A stretch of DNA of 64,000 nucleotides. Origin: Octopus vulgaris. Taxonomy: Eukaryota. This document shows positions 38,746-51,284 of the stretch, piece after piece. The position numbers and the translations under genes are program-made. Below the pieces are notes generated by a model. That model made no database searches. It had not been told where the DNA came from and worked only from the letters and a program-made list of their open reading frames with translations. The stretch lies in NCBI GenBank assembly GCA_951406725.2, contig OX597827.1:38874001-38938000 (forward strand). Direction: 5' to 3'. Position 1 is the stretch's first letter. Each line of letters starts with the position of its first letter.

Positions 38746-40934
38746 GACAACAATTCATATATTATATATAAACATATCTATCTATATTTATATAAACACA
38801 TACATACATGCAGAGGCACACAGATCAACTAACAGCTAATAGTTTTATTAAACATTATACATTTACAAGAATGGTAAGCAAAAGGTATGTAGATCAATTT
38901 CAGTCAATTTGTCTTTAAACCTCAATTTGCTTACAAATCTGTTTTATACATATACGTATGTAGAACCAGTAATGAGAAGTTTGGTTCAAGAGGAATTTTT
39001 TTTCTCCCTAATGTTACAAATTCAATCATTCAAATTGATAGAATCAACATGTTTTAAAAACCAAAATCTGAGAGACAGAAAGCAATAGACAAAGAGAGAG
39101 AGAGAGAGAATTGAGAGGAAGCAGAACTTAACTGAAAATATATAAATATTAAAAAAACCCCAACTAAAATTGAATTTCAAATAATTGAAAATTTTAATAT
39201 ATGAAAAAACAAAAATTTTTTCATTAATTTTTCTGAACTTTTTTCTCAATTTGAAATTCAAAACTAGAAACAAAGAAAATAAAGACAAAAAAACAAAAAC
39301 AAAACAAACCCAATTCTTTTTCTGTGGTGTTACTCTGGCATGGCCCACAACTTAGTAGCTGGCTGGAACCAGTAAAAGAGTATACAAACTTGTATCAAAA
39401 TTCTACATCTCAGTTATAGATACTGACTCAAGGGGAAGCCACTTCTAGTCACTTTAGAGAGGGCAGTCACAAAATCATCTTCAACTGCAGTTCAAACTGA
39501 AATTTTAGTAGCATACCAATTTGAGCACTCAGAGTGCATACCTATTAGTCTGGCTCATCCTGACGAAAACACCTCATATCTTTTATACATCTCAGCTATA
39601 TTATAAAACCCAATACTAAATTCTTTCTTGACAAAATCTAACGAGAAAATAAATTACAATAACTTTATTAATTCTTTTAATCCTTCTTTAGGTTTTAGTC
39701 ATTTCTAAGATAAAAGTGTAGTAGGTATTCAAATGTAGATTAGATGGGATTAAAAGAAGTGAAGCAGGAGAAAGAGAAGAAAGGAAAAAAAGAAAGAATT
39801 GTGAAGATTATATTTCACTAAAGCTGATATTTTTGTGTTTTTACAGTTTGTTTTTCCTTCCTTTGAATTTCACGAACTAAAATTATTTAAAAAACAAAAA
39901 AATTAATTAAAAAGGAAAGAAGACATAAAAGAAAAACAACAACAAAAACAAAATGCAAACAAAAAACAACTGGAAAATACAAAGAAGATATGAAAAATAA
40001 TTGAAAATAGGAATGGTTTTATGGTTTTATCATTTGTGAAGTAGAGGGAAAAATCGTTGTTTCTCTATGTTGCAAAAGCTTCTGATACTAAATATACAGG
40101 TAATAATTAATAGAAACAACAACGACAACAACGACGAAGATGATGATGATGATGATTTATTATTTATTCATTATTATCTTAAAATAAAAAAATAAAAGTG
40201 ATTTTTAGCATTATATAAGATTTCTCACGGTAACAATAATAAATTTAGGCACAAGGTCACAAAATATTTTGGGAAGAGGGAGGGCAGTTAATAATCGATC
40301 GTCCCACCACCATCACCACTACTACAACGATAATAGTAAAAACAGCAATGGATTATAGCAAAAAGAATGATTTCCTTAATAATAATAATAATAATGTTGA
40401 TGATGATTTACAATAATGATAATAATACTAAATATTAATCTAGACCAAGAAGTAGTAGTAGAGTAGGATGACAGTAAGTGTAGTGAATTGTAACTAACTT
40501 GCAAGAGAGGAGTCAAAAAGCTATTGTGGGTTTGTGTAAAAGCAATCTGCTGAGCCGGCTCAGTAGATAGCTAGGCTGGCAAGCGTGCAATGCAATTCTG
40601 GCTGACTAGCACTGCACACTTATTTAGAATCACTGCAACCACATATTAAGGAAGGGTTGGCTGTTCATAGTGGAGGCAGCTATGGAAAAGAAGAGAGGGG
40701 AGAGAGAGAAAGAGAGAGAGCAAGCTGGGGAAAAAGAGAGGGGAGAGGAAGGAGCTAGTGAGGTAGAAAGTGGAGACTATGGAGTGAAGAGCAGAATGAA
40801 AATTTGTAATGAAGGGGAGGGGGAAGATTTTATGCATATCCAGGATTGTGCGAAGAATTACTGCGCTTACGCACACACAATTCTATATGCCTACACATAC
40901 AAATGTACATATATGTGTGCGTGTATAGGCATGA

Positions 40935-41016
<82 letters not shown>

Positions 41017-41033
41017 GAGAGAGAGAGAGAGAT

Positions 41034-41115
<82 letters not shown>
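40935..41115. repeat. (TA)n/(CA)n/(GA)n microsatellite block
   Basis: Direct inspection. Confidence 0.95.
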
Positions 41116-41118
<3 letters not shown>

Positions 41119-41129
41119 TATATAAAGTT

Positions 41130-41330
41130 AATCCAAACAAGAAAGCACAAAAAACACAACAACGTGAGGACGTGGAACAAAAATAGTATTATTGGATGCT
41201 CAGGAAAGAAGGAAAGAAGGAGGGTTTAACGTTTTGAGCGGAGCTCTTCGTTGGAAACATAGAAGAAGGAAAGATCCAGGGAAGGGAAGACGGAGGAAAA
41301 AAAAAAATCGCCAACGGTACACACGCAGTC

Positions 41331-41335
<5 letters not shown>
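41130..41335 (-). mobile_element. Short TA-flanked repeat with a decayed hammerhead-like module (internally deleted copy at about 3548-3665)
   Basis: TGTGAC.GCGTGTGTACCGTTGGCGATTTTT..CCAATAATACTAT.TTTGTTCCACGTCCTC is shared by both copies, and both are inserted in (TA)n. Confidence 0.75.
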
Positions 41336-41376
<41 letters not shown>

Positions 41377-41402
41377 CATATATATATACACATATGTATA
41401 CC

Positions 41403-41444
<42 letters not shown>

Positions 41445-42139
41445 TACACACACACATTATATATATATATATATATATACTTCAAACAAAGTTGAAGTTA
41501 GTCTTGAGCCTTACAGACAGGCTCATTACATCAGAGCTTATTCTTGGCTTCTGTTATGAGTGGCTGAGAACAGAAGGTTCTGCTTTGGCTGGAACACCAA
41601 TCTACCACAAGGTTAACATCCAACTACAGTTCAAACTCAATTCAGCTAAGTGGACTGTAACAGTAAAGAATATACCTTGCTCAGAGACACAACACGCCAC
41701 CCAGTTCAGGAATCAAAGCTAACCACTAATCCACGGACATTCATCCTACACACACACACATACACACGGATGAGGGAATGGAAAATGGATTTAGCAAGAA
41801 TCTTTATTCAGCACAACGGTTGTTTCGATTCATCCTACATCTGTCCCTTACAGGTGGGATAGATGTAAATAAGATACGTATAAGGATGCAGGATGAGTTG
41901 AAACGATTGTGGTACTAAATGAAGATCCTTGTTAAATCCATTTTCCATTTCCCTCATTCATTATATACTCAACAAACACTGCAGAATTCTTGACGTAGAT
42001 CCAATGAAAATTATATCGTAACTGTGGATCACATCAAGTAACCTAAATGGTAAAAGTGCTCTAATCGGCATACTATAGACATATACCCAAAGTTCAAATA
42101 ATTAGTTTTATACACACACACACACACACACATTATTTA

Positions 42140-42530
42140 TCTTGTACTTATTTCAGTCATTGGACTATGGCTATCCTTGGGTACCACTTTAAAGGGTTTA
42201 ATTGAACAAGTCGACCCCAGGACTTCTTTTTTTGAAACCCTGGAACAGGTTCTTCTTTCATTGGTCTCTTTTGCTGAACTGCTAAGTTACAAGGCAACAC
42301 TAGTTGTCAAGCAGTGATCGGGGACAAACACAAAGGTGCACACACACACACACGCACACATTATATATAAATATACACACACACACACATGATGGGCTTC
42401 TTTCAGTTTCTCTCTACCAAATCCACTCACAAGGCTTTGGTCTACAGAAAACACTTGCTCAAGGTACCATGCAGAGAAACTGAACCTGGACCCATTTGGT
42501 TGGGAAGCAAGCTTCTGAGCACACAACCAT
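42140..42530 (-). mobile_element. SINE family A
   Basis: Reverse-complement match including GGGCTTCTTTCAGTTTC..CCAAATCCACTCACAAGGCTTTGG. Confidence 0.85.
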
Positions 42531-43085
42531 TATATATGTATTATATATGTGTTTGTAAATGAATACATATTTATTTAGATATTAAAGTCCAGCTGAAAGA
42601 AGAAATAATATAAATACATTTCTTCTTTGCTCTTGATGTATGAAAAACAGAATGGGAAGTTTCCTGCTGGACAGTTTTTTTTTTGTTTGCTTCATTAAGC
42701 ACTCCTCAGAAAGATTTACACTGTTTCCTTTTACTCAATAGTATAGAGTAATGAGCCAATATATAAAATGGTCATAAATTACACTATCACGGTAGTGGAT
42801 AGCTTCATTTGTATAATTGTGCTTTTGATGGCCTGTTAGTAACCAATATATATATATATAATATATATATATATATTATTGAAATGGATAAATGAATTAT
42901 CTTGTTAAGGATTATTCAAAATTTAACCGATACCTGGGTAGCAAAAATCACAACAGAAAAAACACGGTTGAAGTTACGACCTTGGGGTGTCGCAACCGTG
43001 CCTTAGCGCGGATAATTGAAGTTTAATATATTTAGTGAAGGGAAGAAATGGAGCTGAACGAAGATTCTACAGAATTCCTTTTATT

Positions 43086-43171
43086 ATTTTCTACACATGT
43101 TTCAAAGGCCGCAAATTTCCAAATTCGGACTGAATAAGGAGACCATTTTGCAGCTTTCTCTTCAGGAAAAT
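43086..43171 (-). ncRNA. Type I hammerhead ribozyme motif with intact core
   Basis: Minus strand: ATTTTC-CTGAAGA-GAAAGCTGCAAA...TTTGCGGCCTTT-GAAA-CATGTG-TA-GAAAAT. Stem I is 6 bp, stem II about 11 of 12 bp, stem III short and quasi-palindromic. GUA cleavage triplet; predicted cut 43092/43091. Confidence 0.7.
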
Positions 43172-43205
43172 CCAGGAATTTAAAACTCCAAAACAAATGT
43201 GCAGC

Positions 43206-43244
<39 letters not shown>

Positions 43245-43869
43245 GCCTAGCTGTGAGAGAAATATAAGAATGTAAACACATTCTTTCTATACTTTTGATG
43301 TCTGGAAAAAAGAGGAGGAGTAAAGGACAGGTAAGGGTATCCTTTTTTGAGAAGCAATCCACATGAGATTTCGCTTATCATCAGGCAGGCCACACGACTA
43401 AAAAAACTGAAGGTAAGTTTTCATTAGGTGTGCCATTCAGAAAGTCCTGGGAGATTTTGATGATGTGATTGTTTATTTTTAAAATGACACTGTAGGGTAG
43501 GTGTGATAGACCAGACACAACCAGTTTGAACATACAGCAGATAGAATATTTTGGCCAGATATGACCAGTTTAAATGCTAAAAGGGTTAAACTGGCATTAT
43601 CTGACCTGAGTATTCTACATGTTTTATGTTCAAACAGGCCAGATCTGGTTTCTTGCACCTACTCTGCAATGTCAGTTTAGAAATAAACAATCACAGCATT
43701 GAAATCTTGAAGCTACAAGATAATAAATGCATGAGTAATAAAAAAAAACAACAAACAATGTGAATAAATAAGCATCACATTTGACAGAGCAATCTGAAAG
43801 TTAGGGGGCTAAGTTGATCTGCTGATGGTTACTGATCAAGCTTGTTGATGGTACAAACTCATGGCAAGA

Positions 43870-45046
43870 TAGAAGGGAACGTGGTAGTAGAATAGCAAGC
43901 CATATAAGTAAAGAAACAGACTTGGAAAAACTTGAAGATAAGAAGTAGCAGAAGGTAATACAAAGTAGTTAGGAGAGATGCTTAGCTAGGAATGAAACAA
44001 AGTAAGAGGTTTACACATGTTCTGTGATGTGAGGATCAGAGGTATGAGATATTCTGGATTGCAAAAGAAAATCCAGAAGTCATTGGCGAGAAGTGTATAT
44101 GAAATGATAGTGGTACATATGCTCTTAACTTCAATGAAAAGAAGGAGGCATGGAACTGCTATTATTTATAGCTGTTAAACGTGGAGAATGAATGGGTGAG
44201 AGAAAGCCTAGTCCAGGTAAACCCAATGGAGAAACAGTACAATTGACAAAATGATTAAAGGTATGAATGCAGGGAAGGTAACTATTCCATTAAAGAGAAT
44301 TGCTGAAATGATTAAAAGGTTTGTCAGAGTAAGGCATGTATTAGTCATATCCACAGTCTATTAAGTCATACAGGAAAGTGTCATACTCAATGACTGGTAA
44401 AACAGTATCACAGATGACTACTATAAAAGTAAAGGAGAATCGTTAGACAGAAGGGCATAAAATTGAAGGACCAGGTTATGAAAGTTAACGAAAGAGTTTT
44501 AGCACAGCTAATCAAGACATGAATTAACCTGGATGAGATGCAATTTGGTTTTGTACCTCAAATAGATACTGTTGATACGCTTCTCTTAGTGAGACAACAG
44601 CAAAAGATTTTGGCTGTTTGATGCTGTATCTAACATTCGTTGACCAGGAGAGGAATTTGACATGGTTCCACACTGCATAATTTGTGGGTCTTAATGAAAA
44701 CAATATGTAGATGAATGGCTTGTGAGAGCTGTGCAGACCATGTACAAAGATGCATTCAGCAAGGTGATGGCATACAGTGATGAATTTAGTATTCCAGTAA
44801 GGGTCCATTAAAACTTAGTCTGTAGCCTCTTCTATTTATTATGGTCCTTTGGGCCATATCAAAAGAGTTAAATACAGACAGTCTGGGAACTCCTATATGC
44901 TAATGATCTAGTTCATATAACTTAATCTACCATAGATTTACAGATTTTTCAGACATAGAGGCAAAACCTGGAATTGAAAGGCCTGAAAGTAAACTTAGCA
45001 AAGACTAAAATTATATCAAGTAGAATGGGACCTTGCTACCATATGC

Positions 45047-45079
<33 letters not shown>

Positions 45080-45870
45080 GGAAACTTCATACAATGTAAC
45101 CAATGTATAAACTACAGGTAGAAAAATCACAAGAATGCTAACAGAGAAAGTAGAGGTTACATATGGAAGATGCACAGCAGCAGCAAACTTTTAAGAGCAC
45201 ATGTAAAATACACTCCCTCATAAACCTGGATCATTCTCTAGAGGTGGCTGATGATAGCTTTTGTTATCCAGGTGTTCTAATTATTAATGGAGGTGGATGC
45301 TCTGAAAGCAGACTAACCAAAGTAAGAATTGGATGGAAATGTTCAGAGATCTACAATATTTGCTGTTAATGAAGAGCCTCTCTCTCTCTCTCTCTCTTTC
45401 AGAGTGAAAGGAAAATTGCATGATGCTTGTGTATAAAATCTGTTGCTGAATGGTAATGAAATGTGGGCTTTGGAAGCAGAGGATTTGCGAAGACTTGAAA
45501 GAAATGAAGCAAGCAAGCTACGCTGGACGTGTAATGTTGGTACACATGAATGATATACCACAAATGAACCGAGAGAAATGATGCAATGTATGAGAGAAAA
45601 TTACAAGGGTACACACATGCGATGCACATGGAGGATGATGACAACTGTATAAGTAATTGCAGGACACCCAAAATGGATAGAACCTATGGAAGAGAAAAAT
45701 CTAGGAAAACAAGGATTAAGAGTGAAGACTGACCTCAAGATGCCAAACCTTACAAAGGAGTTATATCAAAGGATTACAATAATGGGCATCCTGCAGTACA
45801 GGAGGAGACCTGCCAACCTACACAAGCATGGTACAATAAATGTTAAAATGATAGTAGTGATGGTGGCTGG
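43870..45870 (+). mobile_element. Decayed, 5'-truncated RTE-clade LINE (reverse transcriptase remnant)
   Basis: Frame-broken RT motifs: RGIKLKDQVMKVNERV, NLDEMQFGFVP, WELLYANDLV (YADD box), LKGLKVNLAKTK, SLEVADDSFCYPG..GGGCSES..VRIGWK, EMWALEAEDLRRLERNEAS.LRWTCNV. 3' tail ends in GAT-like repeats. Many stops and frameshifts, and a poly-A run near 45050-45077. Confidence 0.9.
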
Positions 45871-45913
45871 GTGATATATATATCTACATTTGGGTTAATT
45901 GCTCAATATCTTT

Positions 45914-46392
45914 CATTATTTACATTTGACAGATATTTGTCCTCATCTTGTTTGTTGTTAACACAACGTTTCAGCTGATATACCCTCCAGCCTTCTTCAG
46001 GTGTCTTGCGGAAATTTCAAACCTGGGTTCTCATTCATAAGGTATTTTTCGATGTTATTATTATTATTATTATTAGTTTTCAGGTCACTGCTTGTAATCA
46101 AACTCGGAATCTTGGGGTTAGTAGCCCGCGCTCTTAACCACTATGCCATATGCCTGTGGGCGTAATGGTTAAAAGCACAGGCTACTAACCCCAAGATTCC
46201 GAGTTTGATTCCAAGCAGTGACCTGAACACTAATAATAATAATAATAACTACAACATTGAAAAATACCTTTGGAATGAGAACCCAGGTACGAAATTTCCG
46301 CAAGACACCTGAAGAAGGCTGGAGAGTATATCAGCTGAAACGTGTTAACAACAAACAAGATGAGGACAAATATTCGTCAAATGTAAATAATG
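45914..46392. mobile_element. Palindromic composite of two head-to-head units, each tRNA-like head + (TAA)n + Penelope-type minimal hammerhead tail
   Basis: Arms are near-perfect reverse complements (CATTATTTACAT at 45914, ATGTAAATAATG ending 46392). Heads carry A-box-like TGGCATAGTGG / GGCGTAATGG and B-box-like GAGTTTGATTCC. Tails carry GACAC-CTGAAGA-A-GGCTG..CAGCT-GAAA-CG. Confidence 0.8.
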
Positions 46393-46439
46393 TACAGAGT
46401 TCCTCATCTCTTAAATATAGAACTGTATCTCTCAGTTAA

Positions 46440-47090
46440 GCCTCCATCTTCTGGCCCCTACTTACAGTTGAGCCATTTGCCCAGTATATCTCTCTTAAGC
46501 CTCTCTCTACTTTTCATTACCCTCTCATTCTCTACCACTACTCTCCCATTATCACTTTTTCTCTCCCATCATGCTCTGATACCCTCTCATCTCTCTATTG
46601 CTAATCTCTGTGACTCACTCTCCCTCCTCCTCCACTTTCCTATCCACTCTATCTTCCATTTTTTTCTCTCATCATTCTCTCTAATACCATCTTCTTTCAC
46701 TTTTGCTAATCTCTCTGTCATTGCATTATTTCTCCCTTCATGCGTTTTGATGCCCTCCCATCTCCCCCTCACTAATTTCTCCACGACATCCTCCCTCTAT
46801 GCTTCCTCCTCTCTCTTATCCACTATATCATTATTTTGTTTCTTCCATCATGCTCTCTGCACCATCTAATTTCTCTAAGATTGTTTCATTTCTCCTATCA
46901 TGCTCTCTGATATTTGTTTGTCCCTTTAATCATCTCACTGTCAGCTGCCCTCTCATCCTTTTCCCATTCAATCATTATCCTATCCACTGTACCATCATTG
47001 TTTCTTATATATATCCTACCCTCCAACCAGCATTGTATCTCTTCCACTATTCTCTCCCCATTCTTTCTCTTATCTGCCTGCTTGATTATG
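46440..47090. repeat. Pyrimidine-rich tract with degenerate internal repeats
   Basis: Strong C/T bias on the + strand; recurring CC.TCATGC.CT.TGA-like motif at about 46565, 46735, 46845 and 46893. Confidence 0.7.
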
Positions 47091-49265
47091 TTATCTTAAA
47101 TGAACAGAGCCATTGTAGACTAGTGACAACTCTTTAGACTTATGCATTGCATGGTAACCTCTCAAGTGTTGGTGCCACAGTAAAAATGCACCCATTTCAC
47201 TCTGTAAAGTAATTAGTGAACTAATGGAGGGAATGTACAGTAGAGTGGTCCCTTTTGTCTGTTTGAAAACATAAACTGCCTCTCTAGTGCTTGTATCATG
47301 ATAAAATGCAACGTATACTCTGTGTAAATTGGTCAGTGTTTAAAAAAAGGAAGATTCAGTTGTTTGATAAGCTGAACTACCCGTTCCTGAACTAAAGTGT
47401 AAGTGGCTGAGTGTTAAATTAGACGTGTGTTCCTAACTTCCTAACATAATTCTCAGGCAGAATCAATTAAGACGGTATCTTTTGAATTACAATCATGCCC
47501 ACAATCATTCACAAAGTGTGGGTCAATCCAAGTCTATAGAAAACCACATTTGCTCAAGATGGCACATAATGGGATCAAACTTGGAAACTTGTAGTTGCAA
47601 AGTGAACTTCTTACCCATCCAGTCATACTGCATACACATACATGTGGAAGCATATACACATGTGCAAACATGCACACATACATACACATGCAAGCATGCA
47701 CACACACACACACAAACATGTCATAAATTATGGTGTACTTGTTGATTTGACATACAAACTGATCTTCAGATTTATAGCTCAAAATTCTGTTAGACCTATA
47801 TCTACTATATATTACTGGTAAACATGGTGGTACACCTAAAATATAACTAAGTAAACTGTACTCTTTGATGACTATCCTAGGGTTGTTGTATCTATTTCTT
47901 TTATTTTATTTTATTTTATTTTATTTTATTTAGTTTCAGCTCACAAGCAGTGGCCATGCTGGGGCACCGCCATATAAGTATGTATCTTAAAATACATACG
48001 TATTATTATATAGAAAAACATGATTGTCCACCTTCTACAAAATATGTAATTAAACAGTACTTATTGCTAACCTCAGCCTTTCGCATCAGTTATATAAATA
48101 AACAACCATTGGTGCCACCTACCCCATACAATCAACTGCAAAACTGTTTGTTCATCACAGTTGTAGAAGTCAGAGCAGGACTGGAACAAAAGTGAAACTA
48201 CCTTGAAGTAGATGTCAGAGACAGAATGTGCTTCAAGAAGTGGCTTGAATTTGAAAATACTGAGAATACTGGATCAACAAAATGGTTATACAGCTATACA
48301 ACCAGCATACTCATTCAGACATCTATGTGGGCAAATACACATTCAAGTGAAGGCAAGGGTTTCAAAGCAAAAGTAAACTGGTGTTTCCACTTTATGAAAT
48401 GAAAAATTGCACAGAAATTCTGGCAGACATAAAAAAAAAACACTCCAAAAAATGTAATTTCCATAAATATATCTTTAGAATGGCAATGCAATATGACCAA
48501 CCATTAAGTGACTAAGTATCAAATTGGTAATACAGATGAATGAGATTTGGTAGATGGAGACTTATAGAAACCTGTTGTGTATGTGCATGTATTTGAATTC
48601 ATGTGTTTTCAGATTGACATTAGGCAATGGTGATATCTTAATACTTTCAATAAGTCTCGTGTAACCCATGCTAACAAGGAAAAAGCAGATTTAAATATTA
48701 TTTTAATGATGATATTATGATAATGAATATTACAAAACATTTCATAGGCCCTAATACACACACAATTCCAGGATCCACATTTATGGCACGAACATTTTAA
48801 TAAAAACACAGTAAATGTCAGCTATAGCTGTACTACAGTTAATCTTAAAGGAAGACATATAAATAAACATGCACACACACATAAGAACACTTGTAAGTGC
48901 ATATGCTGTTAGATATGCAGGAGTAGACAAAGATGCCAAAAGATGGACAAACAGGTAAATAAATAGATATATGAATGGATTGTTATAAACAGAAATAAAC
49001 ATAACTATGCGTGAGATATGAAAAAATGATTATGATAAAAAGATACAGACAACCAGATATTTGGATAAACAGACACATATATTGTGAGAAATATATAAAC
49101 AGATGCACTGAATTATTGTCTGAATTACAGGAAATGGACAGTTCAAAATTTACATTAAAAAATAAATATCAGTATGCGTGTGTGTACATACAGCTATTCT
49201 TTTCCCTTGCTATCAAAACATATATACACAATCATTTTGTTCTCCTATATATGAGTGTGCGTGTG

Positions 49266-49316
<51 letters not shown>

Positions 49317-49578
49317 TATTATATATGTATGTATATATTTGTAATGTTTAATTATTTAATTATATAATTTTCCCCTGAATGCCTATTCAATATTTTTGCT
49401 ACCAATACCATGTCTAAAATATTTGTAAAACTCTGAGTACTAACAGAGATTGGTAACATTGTTACTGCCATAAAGAATTACACTATTTCCATATTCAGTA
49501 CTTTTGAAACTAGTTTTTAAATTCAAAAGGCACACACACACAAACATGTAGCTGTGTATTTATGTAAGTATACATGTG

Positions 49579-49614
<36 letters not shown>

Positions 49615-49959
49615 AGAGTAGGGAATATGGATTATCTTGCACACAAGGAATATGAAAACTAAGTGTGGAGGTATGAAGTAAAGGAATTCCTTGTGTCTTT
49701 GCAGTCGAAGAACACAATCAATATCAGAAATGGCTGCTACCACACAAAGCAAAGCTAATTCTCTTTAGCCAACTGTGTTGAAAGGCAGGAGAAAAACTGA
49801 GAGAGAGAGTGAGCTTATGATGAAGATGTGGTGGTGGGGTGTATATATATATATATATATATATACATACATACACACACACACACTAAAAACAAATGTG
49901 CCTGGAGTGTACAATACACATGCACATGATATATACAATGCATAATACATATAGATATA

Positions 49960-50136
49960 AAACATTAATATAATGATATATATGTATGTGTGTGTGTGTA
50001 TATTATATTATGTTATATATATATATAAAATAGATTTTTTATATATGTATAAATTATATATACACAACACACATATATACATATGTATATATATATATGT
50101 ATGCATAAATGTGTAAAATATATATTTACAAATGCA

Positions 50137-50186
<50 letters not shown>

Positions 50187-50439
50187 TACATATGTATATT
50201 TTTATACATATACATATAAAGATATATTATACACATACATACATGCACATATACACAGACACAAGCAGTGCCATTAATTTCCAATACTTTGTGAAAACAT
50301 GTCTGCCCATAGAAAATATCCTGTTACTTGGATATAGGTGAATGTTGGCAACAGGAAGGGCATCCTACTGTAGAAAATTAGTTTCAATAAACTCTGTCAG
50401 ATTCATGCAACCAAAAGTTACATATATATAAATCTATTT

Positions 50440-50488
<49 letters not shown>

Positions 50489-50781
50489 TATATAAATCTA
50501 TAAATATATATTTATATATATATATATAAATCTATAAATCTATATTTATATAAGTATATTTATATATATATAAATATATATATACCTAAAAATCTATATA
50601 AATCTATAAATATATATATAAATAAAAATCTATATAAATCTCTCTCTCTCTATATATATATATAAATAAAAATCTCTATATATATATATATATAAATCTA
50701 TAGATATATAAATAAATAAATAAATATATACTTATATATAAATATACATATATATAAATATGCATATATATATAAACATAA

Positions 50782-50832
<51 letters not shown>

Positions 50833-50900
50833 TAGATACATATATACATACATGTGTGTGTGTATATTATATATATATATCAAAATAAAAATATACATAC
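49960..50900. repeat. Long TA-rich low-complexity region
   Basis: (TA)n with recurring TATAAATC variants at 50420-50720. Confidence 0.9.
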
Positions 50901-51284
50901 CATATTTTAACATGAATAAGGAACCCACTAATTTTCGGGGCTTAAAATTTGAGAAAAAGATTTAGTAAGGTATCATAATACTATCCATGTATAAGAAATT
51001 CCCATATCTTTAAAACCTAATTTTTGATTAAAAAGAAAACAGTTACTTATACACGTTAAAATATGGTATATATATATATATATATATTCACATATGTTAT
51101 TTGATCTTCATCATAATAACTTTGATGCCTACTTTTCCAAGCTTGCAGGGACTGGACAAAATTCTTTGAAGCAGATTTTTCCTGTTGTCAACCATCACCC
51201 GTCCCCAAACAAAGTAATATCTCACATAGTCCTTCAAAATTTGACACTTGAATATGTAAATACACACACACATACACACATTAA

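Noticed and set aside
39330-39350. ATGCCAGA|GTAACA as a mini first exon in phase with the 7093 acceptor
   Set aside because: Weak donor and no other support; cannot be distinguished from chance.
43366-43390. CTGATGA-TAAGC-GAAA on the minus strand
   Set aside because: No stem II or stem I; likely chance.
46390-46869. 159-aa hydrophobic L/S/F-rich ORF
   Set aside because: By-product of a pyrimidine tract that lacks stop codons.
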